Source: Bugula neritina
Lineage: Eukaryota > Animalia > Bryozoa
Reading direction: 5' to 3'
Length of the DNA stretch: 64,000 nt
NCBI GenBank assembly: GCA_964035545.1
Contig: OZ037769.1
Coordinates: 744,001 to 808,000 of the forward strand
The translations under genes were made by a program, and so were the position numbers. Shown piece after piece: positions 23,614 through 35,441 of this stretch. Position 1 is the stretch's first letter. Each line of letters begins with the position of its first letter. The notes below the pieces were generated by a model. That model was not told the origin of the DNA, did no database searches, and worked only from the letters and a program-made list of their open reading frames with translations.

Positions 23614-26600
23614 TGAGTCATTTTCTGTGTACACTACGAGCTACCGAGTTCACATAAAACCTTTACTAGCATAATTGAGTTAGATTTATTAATATGATTT
23701 GTGAAATACTCTATTTGAGATTAAAATATTTCTATAGTATATCACATATTAATCTGGCAAATGGGCAGATGCAACTAGTAGAACATTTTGGCCAATCAGC
23801 ACTCGAGCAACAAGCAATGGAGTAATTCCCCCAATACCATATTTGGAATGGGTAGCTATGACGTAGCAATTTATGAGCACATGCTCAACAGCTATAACTT
23901 TCAGCCGCAGATAGGGTTGGGCTACAAATGACAATATTATCACCTATTCTCTCTATAAATCACTGCCCAGCCACAGCTAGTACTGGCCGTGGTTATATGT
24001 GCTCAGTTATTGACCTACTGTTATGATGCGTTATATAACCCAGTAACTCAAGCACACTTGGTGTATGTACTCATCAAATACTCAGTAGAAAACCTATAAA
24101 CTAATTTTATATATTGTTTTCTTAGCCACTTCCCATCATTTCTAAAATATTGTAGACAAAAAATTGACTAACTATTCATGTATGACTTTGAAAATTGGAT
24201 TAATTAGTTTTTAAAGTATTATGATTGCCATTAGGTTGATTTTTTAATTATATATATATTACAATTAACACATTATGTTTTCCAATGAGTACATTTATAT
24301 ATAAACTAAAATATCCAAAAAGTTATATTAATTTCTTAATTTATTTAGTTGAAATTGTGTGACAGAAAAATAAAGTTTAATGTTTCTAAGAGCATTTGTT
24401 GAGTTGTACTTTTAGCTAGCACCTCGTGAAGTTTCCTTTGCAACTATCTTACTATAGTTTATATGAAAATGTAATGAATACAGGTGCGAAGGGTCGACAG
24501 TTGCCAAGTATTTAATAATTGTTTTTCAAACCAGCAAGAATTGAAACCTTTTTTAGACCAACTTGATTACAAAACAGTTTTGTAAAACAAGAGAGACATA
24601 AATGAACCTCTCTAGTACCTTGAACTTGCCATGCCTGAGGTTACGTGCTGTAGAGGTCAATAATTAGGTTTGTTGGTCACAAGGCTGCGTAATGATACGT
24701 GATGAATCACTGCTTTATTAATGAGCACTAGAAATTGCTCCTATACGTCTACACCTTTCATTTTTCTCTTGTATTTCATAAGCAAGTAATAAAAATAATA
24801 TATGCTACATTTAGATGACAGTTGAGTAGGTGTTATCCCAATTGAAAATGATGTATCACCGTATAAATTATTCATAGCACAAAATTGTTATAATTATTTA
24901 TGTAACAAATTAGTTTCTGTTTATCTCCAGCCTTCAGTTTTCTCCCTCCCCTCCCTCCCCCACTAAGATCACTTTTATATTAATTTCTTTTTCAAATTTT
25001 CTCTCTTCATTTTTAAGAGACTTTACCATCTTAACCGGCATGCATGTACTTAAAGAATTGAAGAATTACAAAATTATTAAAATGATAGCTAAAGTCAAAT
25101 GATGTGGTTTTTAGTGCAATATCCACGAGGTTTATTCTAATTACCAATACAAACTGCATGAAGGATTAGAGTTCAAAGGGGTCATAAGTTATGTAAATAT
25201 TATAAATGAACTTATCGTAACTGGTTACATTATTGACATGAATCATCTAATACATGTAATTAGGTTTCACAGTTTAAGTCAGTTAAAACTTAAACTTTAT
25301 ACGGTGGCGACTAATTTCTTTGCTAATATCTATACAAACTACACTTCAGCTTTTTTCAATGTCCCATGACCAGCTTTCCTTTCCAAATAAAATTAAACTC
25401 AAGCTTGCAGCATTTACACAGAAACCATTTTTTTAAAATAAAATGCACCATTTGCAGTCCTTTGAACCAAGGATTTAATTTTTGTTTTTATCGTTCCTAA
25501 TTCTAAATATTTGTTTTGATCTATAAATTTAAAAATATAGCCGATAAATGGTTTGAGCAAGCTTCAAACAGAGTTTTAGTGAGTGAATAAAATTCTGTAA
25601 AAGTAAATACAAGTTGCCATGTTTGCTTCCTGCAGTGCTCGTTTTATAACAACAATACATATTACAACATAACCTATGACTAATTGTACTTGATTATTAG
25701 AATACTTATGTAATTATATAGTTATACTAATAACACATGATTATGCAATTAACAGTTAATAACAAAATTCTAACTTTGTTGATGTTAGGGAAGTTATTTA
25801 AATAGCTGCTAAAGTTGATGGTAGAACATTAGATTACCTACCACTGTATAGACTTCATAGGACAGATTAACAGAAATAACCTTGAATACAATGAGGTGTT
25901 AACTTGTTATGCTTATATAAATGATAATGTAAAGCTTTTTAAGCAATTATATGTCATTTTATATCATATTATTGCTCAATAATAAATTGAAGTCAAAATT
26001 TAGGTTCAAATCTGTTCCCTATGAAATGTTGAAACGAAGTTACGAAACAGACAGGTGTTCTATATATTGACTAAACATTATTGGCTGTGGTGTCTATGCA
26101 GTGTTGTTGAAATTTTCACCAATCAATCTTATATCTATTCAATGTTCAAGTAGGTCGTCTGTTTCCCCATTTCCTTCAGAGTTGAAGAACTAGGTTGGTG
26201 ATGTTTGGTGACACATCATCAGTCATTGCTAATTATGAATAACAAAAACACTTCAATTCTTGCTTCCACCATGTGTCTGCTTCACCTCATCAATTTATGC
26301 CACTTATTTTCAAAATAGAAGGCAGTTTTAATTGCGGCATGCAGTTCTCTGAATAGCACACTCAGCTGAAATCTATTAACAATCAACTTGTTGTGACAGA
26401 AAGCATGAAGCTTTAGGCAGCGCAGCACACTGCAACCTGATAGCTTGACCTTTTGAACTCATTGATTGAGCTTGTGATGTCAGCACTTGAGCTGATGATG
26501 TCAGCACACAATGTCATGATATCAGCACACATAGTGATCTGTCATGCAGAGACAAGTGGTTGCAGTGGTTGGCACGTGTTCAAGATGAACAATACACATT

Positions 26601-28731
26601 GCAGTTAGACACAGCATACAGTGTGTACTGAAAACATAACAGGTTAAAACTGGAGTGCTGGCACTGTGCAAAGTATATTCTAAGAAAGATATGTCAACAA
26701 TGTTTAGAAAGCTGCACACAGGCATAACTAAACACATGAACTGTGGCATCAAGTTCTACTCAATACTTATTAGTAGACATATTTTAGAAAAATATTTTAC
26801 TTACATGTTTTAGTTGCAGCATCTGACAGTCTTTTTAATAATTACACTATATAATAAATATGATAAATCTAAAAAAAGGCTAGAAAACAATATTCTGTCA
26901 GGAAAGCTGTTTTTTTAGCCACAGCTTTATATTATTTGATGTTCATAGCCAATGATTGAATGACTACAATGAAAAGCAGTCGTTGCATTGTCTTGTAGGC
27001 ACGCATCTAGCATGGGAAATCATGTCTATGCTAGCCAAGGGAAAAGCTACATACAGCACGGAGCCAAAGCACTTGACTTGGTGTGAGTTCCTACCATTCC
27101 CAGAAATACTGAGGCAGGGTGAAAGGGAGCCTCGGATAATCAATACTCACCGGTCTCTCTCCCAACTCCCTCCAAACTTTAGGTATTCATCTTGCTGTTT
27201 TATAATATTATTACAATCATTGTTATACATAAGATTATATAATTAATTTATGTTGTATAATAATTATTATGCATAATATATTTGCTAATATATAATAACA
27301 AATAATGTATATTATAATCAATATATAATATAAAAATGCTTTTATCGTATATATAACATAATAAATAATATAATATATATATATATTATTTAATGTATAA
27401 TATATTAGCAAATGTATAATATAATAATTAATATAAGACATAATGTTGAGATAATATAGCTATACTGAATCATACGCAGGTTGAGCAGCACAAAGACAGT
27501 AGCGTGTATGAGAAACCCAAAGGATGTCCTCGTATCTTTTTATTATCACATGAGAAACGGCGTGCCAAAAGTAAACGGAGAATTCATCAAGTTTAATGAC
27601 ATGTTTGATTTTCTATTGCGTTCCAAATATGGTGAGATAACTACCATAAATCACACTGTCATTGAATATTGCCTACACCAAGTTTCAAACACTTTCACAA
27701 TTAGCTGTTGATTGCAAACCTACTGAGCTTTTCTCAATTACTTCTGGAATGTTCTAATATGTATATAAATTCTCAAGATACATGTCATTATAAAATCAGT
27801 ATAATATTCTTGTAGTACCATTTGGAAGAACGCTGGACCACTACGCAGACATCTGGGACAACTATCGAGATGACCCAAACACTCTCATCATTTTCTTTGA
27901 AGATATTAAAGAGGTTAGCAATAATCACGCATTTTATAAATGATCAAAAACCAACAAACTTAGAAAATATCCCCCATAATTAAAAAGAAGGTAACTTCAA
28001 ACACAATTTTTAATAGTCTATAGTTCCCTTTTTTATAGAAAACAGGATGTTTCTAGAATTTTCAATAGTAGCCCAGACATGTAGAATTTGTACACCGCTC
28101 TGCTTGTTAGTTATATGCCAATGTATACCTGCAGAACCCAACTAAGACTATCAGATTAATAGCGGAGCACATGGAGGTAGATGCTTCAGAAGACCTCATT
28201 GCCAGAATAGCAATGGCTATAGACATCAGTGTGATGCGAGAAGGCAAGTATTGTACTGAGAGACAATTTCGACACCGATATGGAGAGAACGCAACTCTCT
28301 ATCGCAAAGGTTTGTCTTCTCCTTGTCATGTAACCTAACCTCAAACAAGTGGACACAACTCTTATCTGAATGCTTACCTTGCACAAAGTCTTTCGATTCT
28401 AAACAGAAAAATAAAAAAGTTGCCTTTTATTCTATAAATTAGATTTAATAACGACTATTTTAGATTGAGAGATTGTGTTCTATTTTTCATTTTAATTTTA
28501 CCCACGAATTGGATTTTTCTTTCAGGTGAAATTGGAGACTGGAAGAATCACTTTTCATTCCAGCAGAATATTCAGTTTGACAATATATTCAATCTGTGGA
28601 ACAGTGATAGACGGATTCCTTTTAGATTCGAGCCATCTTTACCCTCGCCCCATTCCTATGTGCACAAGCTATTGGAGCACAGTTTAGGTTGGAGAGAGAG
28701 AATAACTTCTTGTGACTCTAAGATTCATTAA
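22935..28731 (+). CDS. Cytosolic sulfotransferase (SULT family), 6 exons, 354 aa
   Basis: Exons 22935-23184, 26999-27182, 27480-27631, 27816-27913, 28135-28309, 28526-28731. 5'-PSB loop APKAGTHL, catalytic PRIINTH, 3'-PB RNPKDVLVSFYYH and RKGEIGDWKNHF. Confidence 0.92.
23557..23613. repeat. Compound (GCT)n-(GT)n microsatellite
   Basis: Directly visible in sulfotransferase intron 1. Confidence 0.9.
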
Positions 28732-29324
28732 TTTAATATTTCTGCTTGAGAATTTAACCTATATATTTTATATTATTAATTTGCGCTTTTTATTTGAAAG
28801 GGCAGTAAAACCAAACAATTTTTTATCTCAGCCAGCTGTTAACTGAGTATAATATATTATATATATTTATTATCATTGATATCATTAGAATATTAACATA
28901 TCAATATTTACTATAAACTCTTGAAAATTGGTTGGTGCACAAATTTGAACATTTTTGTATCTAACACCCTATAACCGTACACAATACTATAACTACTGTA
29001 CACATATGAATACTATTTATTTTTTTAAGTATATAAGTTATTTAATAAGAATTGTACTTAAGTATGTTCTCTTATTTTATGTACCATTAAAACTATGCCA
29101 AAGTTGAAATTGTACTTGTTTGGTGAACAAATATTTTTGGATATAAAGAGTTTGCTGTAATTAGACTACATATAAACTATACAACAGTCGTAAATTTACA
29201 TTACTTAATATCGCTATTATTATAATTGCATTTATTTCAATAATATTGCATATATTTGTAAATGATCTTTTTGCTCAGTTACTAACCTTAAGATGCTAAA
29301 CTGTGGGAATTGTCTAAACTTGAC

Positions 29325-30128
29325 CTATTTTTGGCCATCAGAGTAACTCTTTCTGTCAGAGCAGCTGTAGGTAATATTTGGAAGCTGAATTATCAACTCT
29401 TTCCTCCTTTCAGTTTCGAGATTATCCTCTGCACTTGGCAGAGTAGCAGAAGCTCTGTTATCTGCTGATGAGTCATCTGGAGCTGGCTGACAGCTTGCAA
29501 CATGTCTTTCGCTCTTTGCTGTGTTTGGGCATATTCCACATCGCCTGCTACCATTGTCTTTCTGACACACCCTTTGCTGACTTTGCTCAACTATTTCTAA
29601 AATGTTCTCTGTATCCTGTTTTGAGTACGACTGCGCTTCAATGGCCAGTGACTCGTTCTCGTACGCTCGAAGTTTATTGTCAAGCATTCTCTTGACCCTT
29701 GAACTAGCATAGCTAGCCTGAGTCAACTTGAACGCCTGAAGCAAAGGGTTTATGGCTTTGGAGGGAGAGTCCCTATAAAGCTGACCCGATCTCACGTCTG
29801 CTAAAGGTCTCACGTCTGCTATAGTTTTAGTTGCATGTTTGCTAGTAGCTGCAGACGAGTGGGAAGTTGACAGAAGTTGGTGATTGGATGAGTTGCTAGT
29901 AGTTAGTATAAAATCTCGCAGTCCTTTCTGATTGGTCAAGTGAGGAAGCTGAATCTGTGTCTCACTCTTCCAAGAGGAAGTCGGCTGATGGTAGGGCAAT
30001 CCCTTGTTTGGATTCCTTGATTGAAAGGCATCTGGAGCACTCTTGGTCATCCTCTGTAAGGCATACTTGATAATGTAGGACTTTGACAATGCATTGGCTG
30101 AGTTAAAAGTTTTAGACTTTGAAGTCAA
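29325..30128 (-). CDS. Candidate large exon of an uncharacterised Ser/Lys/Gln-rich protein
   Basis: 267-codon non-repetitive open frame with higher GC than its flanks; no recognisable motif and the acceptor is unclear. Confidence 0.5.
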   Translation of the reverse strand: MTSKSKTFNSANALSKSYIIKYALQRMTKSAPDAFQSRNPNKGLPYHQPTSSWKSETQIQLPHLTNQKGLRDFILTTSNSSNHQLLSTSHSSAATSKHATKTIADVRPLADVRSGQLYRDSPSKAINPLLQAFKLTQASYASSRVKRMLDNKLRAYENESLAIEAQSYSKQDTENILEIVEQSQQRVCQKDNGSRRCGICPNTAKSERHVASCQPAPDDSSADNRASATLPSAEDNLETERRKELIIQLPNITYSCSDRKSYSDGQK

Positions 30129-31750
30129 GCTGTAACATCCTACCTCTTATACATTATAATATACTGATTTTGGGCTGTCATGGGAGTTAGTTGTCAAAGT
30201 TTAAACTATCTAGATTAAAGACTCAACATCTCAAAGTTTTGAGTTATTTGTCAAAGATTTCCTTATATTTAACTTTAGAAAGCTGAAGTGGCCAAACTTG
30301 ATAATAAAAGGTACATTCAAGATTATTGATTTACAATAATTCAGTAATGATGTCTAATAGCAACTAATGCTCTGTTTACTTATAGTTTTTTTAGGGATCA
30401 AGCTGTAAATAATGTAGTGCAGTAGTTTTTACCAAATAAAGCAGTTAGAAATCTGAACAAATTTAGAAATTGGTAGATACAGTTTTGTCCGTCTGCTAAA
30501 TATCAGAACAAATCCTCCAATCAAAGACTATAAACTCTGAGGAAATCAAAATTCAAATCGCTCCCAAGTAAAGTATATGACCTCCTTTATAGCCACTTTA
30601 GCAGCTCTTAAAGTTATATTCGTTACTAATCTATCACCAAATCTTAATAAACTGTCATGCTGTTGGCACTACAATGCCTGATGGAATAAAATTAACAAAT
30701 CTGATAGCCTATTGAAAATATTTTTATAGCGAATTCATGTCTTATGAAAGTTTCAACATCAGAAATCCTCAAAAGAATGAACTACGGACAAGCATTGATT
30801 TACTAAGTTCCAACATTTTGATAAACCCCGATCTTCACATTATAATAAAGTTTCTTTTCAAAAGATACATGCAATATATATACTCATAGTCATTGCCATG
30901 GATGGCTTTTGTATCTACAAAAATATTTGTATTTCTTTAAAGGTAATCGTTTAAATTTAAATAGTGGTTCATAGGTGTTCCTTTTGAGGAATTCGATTTT
31001 TCTCCTAACCTAGCAACCTAGATGAGATGCAGTTTTTAAAACTAAGTTTTAAATCCAAGTGACTTCATACTAAGAATATAGTTTATAATGATGAAAGTAG
31101 AATTTTTAAAGATTGAAGGTGTTATATTTCTAAACTTTTAAAGCCAGTCAAAATGGGTTGATTATTTAGTGAATAAAACAGAGGGCAACAGCTTTTCTCA
31201 ACTTATATAAAATTAGTAGAACTTAAGTCATATTTACATTTTGTAGATATAAATTTTATTGGAATTCAACTAACCTTTGTTAGCTAAAACTTTTTATACA
31301 AGGGCAGGTTTCAGGAATGATTTTGCATAAAGCTTACAATTTGGAATTTATGTTTGAAGTATTTTTGTCTTGTTGAAACTTTTGCACCCCATGCAGTGTT
31401 TGCCCACTAACAATATTATAATTAAAATTAGATAAAAATTGAATCTATTTAAGCTGAAAACAATGTAAACTATACAAGATTAAAAACATCTTTTGTTCAG
31501 CAGTTATGACAGTCTTAATAGTGAGCAGAGTAATTGCACATCATGGAGTTTATTTTTATCACATCTACCCACAAACTTTAGCCTCTAATTAGCGTTTAAA
31601 CTGCAACAAAGCAAACTTCTCAACTGGTGCTAAATGTGTTGATGGACAATTAAAAGCAATTTACTTTTTTTAAAACTCTACAGTAACATTATAACAACAT
31701 AATACAGTTGTGTCGTAGCCTACAATCAGCAAACAATGGCCAGTCTGTTA

Positions 31751-32093
31751 GCCTAGGGCCACACGGTGCGTATTTTCGCATGCGAAAATTGAAATCACAA
31801 GTAGCAAAGGTGTCCACTGTGCGCGTTGAGAAAACCTTCGCACTTGTCGCTCTGCATTTTCAACGCAAGTGCGAATCGTCTCTGTCGTCGTCACCTAATT
31901 GGCTGGTAGTTATTCAGCGAGCCCAATTTCTTTTTTTAGTGCTATATTCCAGCAAATTGCGTTTTATTGAAAGCGAGTGCGATTTAAAAATGAATGCTTT
32001 ATTTATCACGCATCACTGACGCTACAGTGGACACCTTTGCTACTTGTGATTTTAATTTTCGCATGCGAAAATACGCACAGTGTGGCCCTAGGC
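31751..32093. mobile_element. Non-autonomous DNA transposon (MITE), PIF/Harbinger/Tourist-like
   Basis: 343 bp with 70-bp terminal inverted repeats (GCCTAGGGCCACAC...TGTCCACTGT, 2 mismatches). TTA on both sides (31748-31750 and 32094-32096). Confidence 0.9.
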
Positions 32094-32359
32094 TTAGCCT
32101 TTGCTCTGAAGAAGTTTATAATACATTCTGATTAGTTAACATTATAAATCAAAATAAAATGAGCTGTACCAAAGGGTAGAAATTAAAGCTACAGCATGCA
32201 AGTATATAGTTCATGTAATGGAGTTTGTTACTTATTACTTTTAATGCAGAAAATTATTCTGGCAAGTATTATGCAGCTTCACTGTTTCAATTTCAATCCG
32301 ATTCTACCATGCTCTGCCACCTTATACCAAGAAATACTAAGAAATGTGTAGCTACTTAC

Positions 32360-32797
32360 TTTAGCTTTGACCTTTGACTTTTTAGTCTTAGATCCACTGA
32401 GTGAGACTTGAACAGGTTCAAGAGATACAGGGGTTTTAGGTCGGGCTCTGTGTTCATGCATAGCCTGCTTCTCTTTTACCATCTGCAGATGTGTTTCAGG
32501 ATCCACAGCTATGCTACAGTGGCTTTTACCTTTAAATATCGCCGGTCTAATTCTACTTCTAAACTCTCTGTATGAACCTATGACACCTGACACTGGGTTG
32601 TCACATTGTTGTACTGACTGGGAAGACTTCCTGACATTCATCAGCAGGTTGTTATTTCTACCATAGGATTTTGTGACAAGTGATGGTAGGTAGACAGAAG
32701 TGTTGACTTTGTGCAATAGCGGCATGTTTGAATGAGTAATTCCTGAGTCATATTCAGACCACACACCATGTTGGTGTGTGTCACTCATAACTGTCAT
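32360..32797 (-). CDS. Candidate first coding exon of the uncharacterised gene
   Basis: Acceptor ttttacag| at about 32816, gccATG at 32797 and donor AAA|gtaagt at 32360; a possible UTR-exon donor gtgagt lies at 33073. Confidence 0.5.
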
Positions 32798-35441
32798 GGC
32801 TTCCACAGCTGATGCTCTGTAAAATACAGAAACTAATTTAATATAATTTGCGATGCTGCCCTATGACGCTATTGTAAGTCTAGCGATTTTTAAAGTTTCA
32901 AATAAATTAGAACAAGCAAAATTAATAAATGACAAATACCTCCCACTAACTTCCTATGCTACTTAGAAAAAGGTACAAATTGGTAGTATGCGTGCCTCAA
33001 AACAATTATCATATGTATCCCAGCAGTCAGAAATCTTACGAGTTTTATAAGACGTGGGAATAGTTGTACTCACATGCTGTCAGCTGTAGTCAGCGATGAA
33101 GAATGATCACACACCTGATTACATCTAATCAGATACAACACCCTGTGGGGTAATAACACCGTAAAGAAACTATAGTCTGGTTGAGGGGAATTCTATTGAG
33201 CACCCGCAATGAAAGGGGAATAAAAGCGGGAAGGCAAGCTAATCAATAACTAAGCTGAAGAATAGCAAAGATGTTTATTAAAATATGATAAAAAGAAAGG
33301 TGGACCTCTGCACTGATATTCGTATTGATTATTAGTCTATTATGAACTGTAGTTTGGGGCTGCTATTGAGATATACTCTATATATGCAGTGGTGGATTGA
33401 AATTTGTTTGCAAAGGGTGGATAGAGATTAGTTTGCTAAGGGTAGATGGAGCATTTGCAGTAAATCGATCTATTTCAAAAATGATACTTTTTTAAACAAA
33501 ACGCTAGCTAAAAAAAGTACATCTTTAAATAATAGTCTACGTCAAAGTACATGCAAATACTAACAACTATTTTTTCAACTTTCAATAATGTTGTCTGGCA
33601 TTTGCCCTAATACCAGTTCTTGCTGATATGACTTGATGTCACCTGATCATGGAGAACTAACAAAACTGAAGAACTGAAAAAACAGAACAATGTTCAAAAT
33701 CAAATAAAGCACTGTTATCAACCAGTTACCGTACAGAACTAGTGATGTATGTCTGCTATACTCTACCCCTGAAGTGCAGTGTTAGTGAACACTGGTGAAG
33801 AAAGCTAGCAACAAGTAGGGCTATCTAGCCAAATGCATAGAATGTTACAAGTTTTGGGTCTAATATGATTAGCCTGACATTGCCGGCTTTGCTTGAGCTT
33901 TGTGCTGAGGTCCCATGGCTATGTTATTCAAAGCTATTCTAGAAACAGTATATAAATTAATATTGCTTGCGTGCTGTAAATAATCATACCCTTTCCCATT
34001 ATACACCTGCATCCACCCTTTATTCTCACTAATCCACAAATCATGGCTGGAAGCCAATAACTTTAAATGTTATGTAATTGCAAAGGAAAGCAACACCCTG
34101 CTTGTATGAAACAGCTAGTATTATCATCTATTGATTACTCTTTGTTAAAGTGATACTTAATAACATAAATACAACATTGATTAACCTTTAGTTTGCTAGT
34201 CTATTGTGCCTATTTAATATTTACACAGACTATTATCACATAATTTTACATGTAACTGAAGTCAGATAACTGGCTAAACTAATACACTTAATAAAGGTTG
34301 TTATTGTGGATTGGAAATGCATGACAAGATTTTTATACTTTACACTATTTGCTATTTCTATTTAGAGGTAATTGCAAACTTATTGCCAGCATTTACAGCT
34401 TTATCTATATGACTGTATCATTTTCTCAGTATCCTAAATAAATATTAGTTTTAGTAAAGTGAGAAGTGAAAGAATAACATGCATCAGATCAAAAGAAAGC
34501 AGAGATATAGTAAACAGAATATTACACCAGTAAGACCTACTTGCCTAAGACTATCAAGTATATACATGTTGTATTACTCCTCTTGGAACAAGCATGCATA
34601 TAATAATCACGTTTAGTGGTTGTGTCATCAAAAAGTCACATCAGAGCCTATAAAACCAAAAATTCGCAGAATGGCTTCGTTTTTATTACATATTATGGTC
34701 GAATTAACTGCGCATGTCTACTCCTTTTTTGTGAATAAATGCATAAATAAGGTCAGAAGGTTTGACTACATAAATTCTAAGTCTATAGCTCAAAAGATCT
34801 AAGCCTATAATTTGAAGGAATCAAGTCTAAAAATAAAATGCTAGAGTAGAAAATATGCTAATTATTTCTCAAATGCAAGCTGAAGAACGAGAGAATTACG
34901 TGAGCGTGCTCACTGGGACACTTAATTGGCCCATCCTTGACCTGGTTTCTTAAGATGAGAGTTAAGGTAATTAACTGAATGTGATTATTATGCACGTAAT
35001 TACTACGTAGTGACCCAATTATTAATTACTATTTAGTCATGACTTGGCCACAGTGTAGCTGGCTTTGTTAGTGTTGCTATGCAACAGCTGGATGAGAATA
35101 AAATATCATGTTGGACGTTATATATGAGCATATGTGAGGCAAAACACGGGTGGATTTTAGACATTTTTAGTCATTACATACCACAATACAAACACAAAAC
35201 AAAATGTGTTTTTTAAATTTTATGCCAAATAAGTTTATTTGCACATAAAACTTGATTGAGATAAGTTATAAAAAATATCTGAAAATCACCAAAATAAAAA
35301 TCAGGTGATGATAAGAATTTTCAGGATCATAGTTTGCAGCAGAAACTAGAATAAACTTAATACAACATACAATATGAACTATACTAGCAGTATGAAGCAA
35401 TACTAATTAATACTAATATGAAGTGTGAACTATACTAACAG

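Noticed and set aside
31708-32019. 103-aa ORF over the MITE
   Set aside because: It runs through the TIR and has no transposase features.
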